DNA of 11,661 nucleotides from positions 1-11,661 of the forward strand of contig JAEOTB010000071.1 in NCBI GenBank assembly GCA_016840065.1. The letters are read 5' to 3'. Under the pieces are notes generated by a model. The model saw nothing but the letters and a program-made list of their open reading frames with translations, was not told the DNA's origin and searched no databases. This DNA comes from Candidatus Hermodarchaeota archaeon (GTDB lineage Archaea; Asgardarchaeota; Hermodarchaeia; Hermodarchaeales; Hermodarchaeaceae). The translations under genes were made by a program, and so were the position numbers. Shown one piece after another: positions 8,444 to 11,661 of this stretch (position 1 is the stretch's first letter; each line of letters begins with the position of its first letter).

Positions 8444-9790
8444 ATGGAAAACAGCAGGGTTGGTCATATGGCGAATAAACTACGGGTTTATCAGTCCAAG
8501 AAGACCCAACTCTACCAAAGGGGGGTAGCTACTCACTCACAAAAGTGGTCGTCGATTTCCCTTCTCCTTCTTTTCTTACTGACTACCTTTACACCAGTAA
8601 TTGACACAGCAGTTTTTCAACAACCCCCCTCGGTCAAGTTTCCCTCCACACGGCATAACGCAGTTCGAGATTTCGTAGCTGCTCTTCAGATGCCAGAAGG
8701 TGCTTTCATCAATAAGCTTACTCATGCTAGAGCGGAACAAAGACTTGGATCCTGTCGTAACGCAGCTCTAACATTGAGGGTTCTTAATGCATTTACTGTG
8801 ATTGATAGTGACGCAATGATTGACTTCGCAATTGATCGACAGCTTGCCGATGGAGGATTTGTAGATAGAATGGATTTCTGGGAGACAGGTTTGAGAGACT
8901 CTGGATATGCAGTACGAACTCTTGGTGCAGTAAACGCCGTAAACCTAATCAATCGTCCAGGTTTAGGGGAATTTCTTATGAGCTGCTATTTGGGAAACGG
9001 TGGATTCAATGGGATTCCAGGCAGTAGTCCCCTCTACGGTTGGATTTTGAGCAACACTGAAGACGCAGTGGCCTGCTTGGTAAGAACGGACCAACTTCAT
9101 CGGGTGGAAACCTCCGACATTGTTGACTTCGTGATGGAAAGGTATTGTACGGATGGAGGTTTCGCCTGGAATCCTGGAGAGGACCACGCTGTTCTCGCAA
9201 CTTATTATGCTCTTTCAATTCTATCAATGCTAGACGAGATGGATGAGATTACATCAGACTTGAGATCAGCAACCCTTGATTACGTAATGATTTACTACAA
9301 CACAGAGACTGGAGGCTTCTTTGAAGACACTCTAGCGAGGTTGATTCGCCCAATCCTGATTTTACAAATGCTTGATGGTTTATCTTTGGTGAATGCAACC
9401 AAGACAACAGAGCTGGTGTTTGCCCACCAGTCTCATAGACATGGTGGTTTCGTAGGAGCCTTTTCCAATGTTGACGATGCTGCATATGAGGAGCTGCATC
9501 GAACGCGTGAGGCTGTGGTTGTTCTAGACGCGCTTGGTACGCTTGGAGCTTTGGACGAGCCCTTTACGGTTGACGAGGCCCCGGTTCACACAGGTGATAA
9601 TACTCCACCAACGCTTTACACACCTCCTCCACCACCGCCTTTTACTTTAACACCTGATATTCTTGGTATGCTAATTCTCGTCACAGCGATTGGCAGCACC
9701 TTTGCAATAGTGATTGGTTATATAGTTCTTGGAAGGAAGACCACTAGAAAGAAGAAAGTGAAGAAAGTTCGCAGGAAACGTAGACGCTAA
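8444..9790 (+). CDS. Cell-surface prenyltransferase-beta/squalene-cyclase repeat (alpha/alpha)6-barrel protein with N-terminal signal helix and C-terminal Pro linker-TM-polybasic anchor
   Basis: Six repeats: FVAALQMPEGAF, FAIDRQLADGGF, FLMSCYLGNGGF, FVMERYCTDGGF, YVMIYYNTETGGF, LVFAHQSHRHGGF. N-terminal ISLLLLFLLTTF. C-terminal TPPPPPPF-ILGMLILVTAIGSTFAIVIGYIVLG-RKTTRKKKVKKVRRKRRR. Start is 8444 or ATG 8468. Confidence 0.85.
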   Translation: MENSRVGHMANKLRVYQSKKTQLYQRGVATHSQKWSSISLLLLFLLTTFTPVIDTAVFQQPPSVKFPSTRHNAVRDFVAALQMPEGAFINKLTHARAEQRLGSCRNAALTLRVLNAFTVIDSDAMIDFAIDRQLADGGFVDRMDFWETGLRDSGYAVRTLGAVNAVNLINRPGLGEFLMSCYLGNGGFNGIPGSSPLYGWILSNTEDAVACLVRTDQLHRVETSDIVDFVMERYCTDGGFAWNPGEDHAVLATYYALSILSMLDEMDEITSDLRSATLDYVMIYYNTETGGFFEDTLARLIRPILILQMLDGLSLVNATKTTELVFAHQSHRHGGFVGAFSNVDDAAYEELHRTREAVVVLDALGTLGALDEPFTVDEAPVHTGDNTPPTLYTPPPPPPFTLTPDILGMLILVTAIGSTFAIVIGYIVLGRKTTRKKKVKKVRRKRRR

Positions 9791-9999
9791 CAGGTTGTAG
9801 GTTTAAATTCACAATTAATTCTGTTTTGTCTGTTGGCACTAATACTCATCTAATTTCACATGACTTTTTTTCTCGGTTCAAGAATGTAGAACATTCGATG
9901 ACAAATGTCCTCTCTTCTAACGGGATATAAGGGCGTGGAATCTACTCTCAAATAAGCCAAGATAGCAAGAGAAACATCCCTGGGCTCAGAACCTAAAGA

Positions 10000-10018
10000 A
10001 AGCATAACTTTAAATGGG
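10000..10018 (+). promoter_or_regulatory. Putative TATA box (TTTAAA at 10008-10013) upstream of the secreted protease gene
   Basis: AAAGAAAGCATAACTTTAAATGGG about 55 nt upstream of ATG 10069, in a 278-nt intergenic gap. Confidence 0.3.
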
Positions 10019-10068
10019 AAAAAAATTAATGATGGCTGGGAATGGTTCACTAGAAACCATTCCATTCA

Positions 10069-11328
10069 ATGGGATTTGGAATGTTAACAAGAAAACAAGT
10101 GCTCCTTAGTGGAGCTCTAATAGCCTTAACAGCGACTATGTTCTTGCTCCCAGCATGCAACATACTATTCTTCAACCAGCAACAACCAGCGCTAATCCTT
10201 CCCACCCGAGCCGCACCACCACCTGGTGACGACGGTCCAGTAAGGGACCCAAGTGACCCATGGGGCGGCGACGGCGACGACGGCACTGGTCCTGGCGACA
10301 CTGATCCTGGCGACGGTCCTGGCGACACTGATCCTGGCGACACTACCCCCGATCCGATATTTTGGAAAGGGCTACTCGTTAATCACCACGGCCAAACACA
10401 ATCTATGATAGATGAGTTAAACCACATTACATCTATATTCAGAGACTCCATAGGTTACGACAACGGTGGAATGCATGACGGAGACACAATATATGCAGAA
10501 GGCTCTCAATTCGATGGCGATGCCTTTCTTACAAATGTCTTAGACGATCTATGTTCCCCTACTAGACCAACATTCGTTCACCTAACAGGTCACGGGATAA
10601 ACGTTGACGGTATCCCCTTCATACGACTAGACAATACTGATTCAACTCTAGAATACGAAGATATTCGCGCAGAACAATTCTACGTAGACGGAGGATCTTT
10701 TGCGGGTGTTGAACTGATCTTCATCAACGTATGCTATGTAATGTCACGGGAGACAATAGATATGAACAATTGGGCTTACGTCTGTTGTGATAAGATGAAC
10801 GGAGGTTCAATAATCGGCTCTACAAGTATGCCTGACGACTACGCTGCCTATTTCATGGCAACACAATTCTGGGAAGAACTACTCGATTTGAAAGGAGTAA
10901 ATAGCATCAACAAGGACAACATCCAAGACAACATCAAAGATGCCTTCTTACATGGTAGTGTAGATGCTCGACACACAGCAGAACATGCGGCAGATGCAGT
11001 GGTCCATCTAGTTACCGCTGGCGTTCACGCGATATCAGGTGCCCTCGAATGTCTCATTGTATACGAACAAACAGCCGCTCTCTATGCTCTTGCCTCTGGT
11101 CAATTATTAGTGTTTGCGGGTTTAGAATCTGCGATTATAGTTGAACTTCTCATTTTCATCTGGTGGCACATCGCATTACCAGGTGGTATACAGCTTCTTT
11201 CAGACCAGCTATGGATGAACGGAGTTATTCATCCTAGTCTGGATGCATATCAGCTACGAAGATCAGCTTACGGTGAACCTATTACGACAGGCGGAGCTGG
11301 GCATCACTTATACGTCTCTCCGGTCTAA
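10069..11328 (+). CDS. Secreted protein with clan CD (caspase-hemoglobinase fold; CHAT/legumain/gingipain-like) cysteine peptidase domain, Pro/Gly/Asp linker and hydrophobic C-terminal region
   Basis: Signal peptide (LTRKQVLLSGALIALTATMFLLPAC). TFVHLTGHG (His175, 10591-10593) and ELIFINVCY (Cys222, 10732-10734) each follow a hydrophobic beta strand, 47 residues apart. Downstream SIIGSTSMPDDYAAYFMATQFWEELL resembles the CHAT 'VIG....V.D..A..F...FY..L' segment. The CDS is solid; the product is a motif-level call. Confidence 0.72.
   Translation: MGFGMLTRKQVLLSGALIALTATMFLLPACNILFFNQQQPALILPTRAAPPPGDDGPVRDPSDPWGGDGDDGTGPGDTDPGDGPGDTDPGDTTPDPIFWKGLLVNHHGQTQSMIDELNHITSIFRDSIGYDNGGMHDGDTIYAEGSQFDGDAFLTNVLDDLCSPTRPTFVHLTGHGINVDGIPFIRLDNTDSTLEYEDIRAEQFYVDGGSFAGVELIFINVCYVMSRETIDMNNWAYVCCDKMNGGSIIGSTSMPDDYAAYFMATQFWEELLDLKGVNSINKDNIQDNIKDAFLHGSVDARHTAEHAADAVVHLVTAGVHAISGALECLIVYEQTAALYALASGQLLVFAGLESAIIVELLIFIWWHIALPGGIQLLSDQLWMNGVIHPSLDAYQLRRSAYGEPITTGGAGHHLYVSPV
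10288..10341 (+). repeat. Perfect 27-nt tandem duplication (GGTCCTGGCGACACTGATCCTGGCGAC x2) encoding GPGDTDPGD x2
   Basis: Copies at 10288-10314 and 10315-10341. The core CCTGGCGAC occurs four times, within a GC-rich patch encoding the P/G/D/T linker. Confidence 0.95.
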
Positions 11329-11339
11329 GGTGTAGTTCT

Positions 11340-11661
11340 ATGTTCAGTGTCAAAGGAGGTAGACAAACGAAAAAATCGTATACATTCTACCTCCTTTTTC
11401 TATTTTTTTCATCATTCTATTTATTTCCAGGGATTATAGACTCGCAAACGGAGACAATTACGTTACACGCTATTCGCTGTTCAAAAGCTTATGATACCAC
11501 AAGACATCAAGCAATAGTCGACTTCATCTCTGAACTCCAGATGGTGGATGGAGGCTTCATTGACAATCTAATGGAACCCCGCTCTGCTGCCATTCTGAAA
11601 GTATCCAAGTGGGCAACACTTGTCATGTCAGTACTTGACGAACTCTCTGCCATTGATGAAG
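11340..11661 (+). CDS. Second prenyltransferase-beta-repeat surface protein, paralog of 8444..9790; 5' part only (not in ORF track)
   Basis: ATG 11340, 11 nt after the protease stop, with AGGTG RBS-like motif; open to the window end: MFSVKGGRQTKKSYTFYLLFLFFSSFYLFPGIIDSQTETITLHAIRCSKAYDTTRHQAIVDFISELQMVDGGFIDNLMEPRSAAILKVSKWATLVMSVLDELSAIDE. Ungapped manual alignment to the 8444 protein gives 21/55 identities. Confidence 0.88.
   Translation, partial: MFSVKGGRQTKKSYTFYLLFLFFSSFYLFPGIIDSQTETITLHAIRCSKAYDTTRHQAIVDFISELQMVDGGFIDNLMEPRSAAILKVSKWATLVMSVLDELSAIDE

Noticed and set aside
869-9485. Short alternative-frame and antisense ORFs in the track (e.g. 869-1126, 1105-1299, 1163-1390, 2984-3298, 3118-3399, 3798-4094, 4155-4403, 7382-7603, 8224-8478, 8722-8952, 9249-9485)
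   Set aside because: All overlap well-supported genes and show no recognisable motifs.
8444-9790. Squalene-hopene cyclase, alpha-2-macroglobulin, or a canonical farnesyl/geranylgeranyl transferase
   Set aside because: Single barrel only; no DxDD, CGEQ or DxCY motif; extracytoplasmic topology.
9856-10065. 69-aa minus-strand ORF in the gap between barrel A and the protease
   Set aside because: No motif or clear RBS, and it would overlap the protease promoter region. It cannot be fully excluded but is unsupported.
10288-10341. Repeat as a possible CRISPR array or DGR template
   Set aside because: Two adjacent copies with no spacers, in-frame within a CDS; no cas or reverse transcriptase gene in the window.
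10050-10343. Minus-strand 97-aa ORF with SPGSVSPGP repeats
   Set aside because: Antisense reading of the PGDTD linker repeat.
11290-11328. CaaX/CC prenylation motif on neighbouring proteins
   Set aside because: No complete protein in the window ends in a Cys-containing motif; the protease ends in YVSPV.

Overview
Archaeal chromosomal window. The archaeal call rests on the HMG-CoA synthase/thiolase/DUF35 trio, TATA-like promoters and GGAGGT/GGTG ribosome-binding sites. An Asgard-like lineage is only an impression and cannot be shown from this window. Left part (1-7826) is housekeeping-like: a truncated membrane protein and a YjjX-type ITP/XTP phosphatase on the minus strand, then the mevalonate-entry operon (HMG-CoA synthase, thiolase, DUF35 Zn-ribbon/OB-fold), an exported penicillin-acylase-family Ntn hydrolase, a small membrane protein with a polybasic tail, and a HEAT-repeat protein. 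Right part (8082-11661) looks accessory and is the most interesting. A small wHTH regulator is divergent from a cassette of three exported proteins. The first is a membrane-anchored prenyltransferase-beta/squalene-cyclase-repeat (alpha/alpha)6 barrel protein. The second is a secreted protein with a PGD repeat linker, a clan CD (caspase/CHAT/legumain-like) His-Gly...Cys dyad and a hydrophobic C-terminal region. The third, missing from the ORF track, is a paralog of the barrel protein that starts 11 nt after the protease gene and runs off the window. This protease-plus-barrel-paralog cassette is the candidate undescribed system, either toxin/immunity or extracellular cleavage and lipidation.
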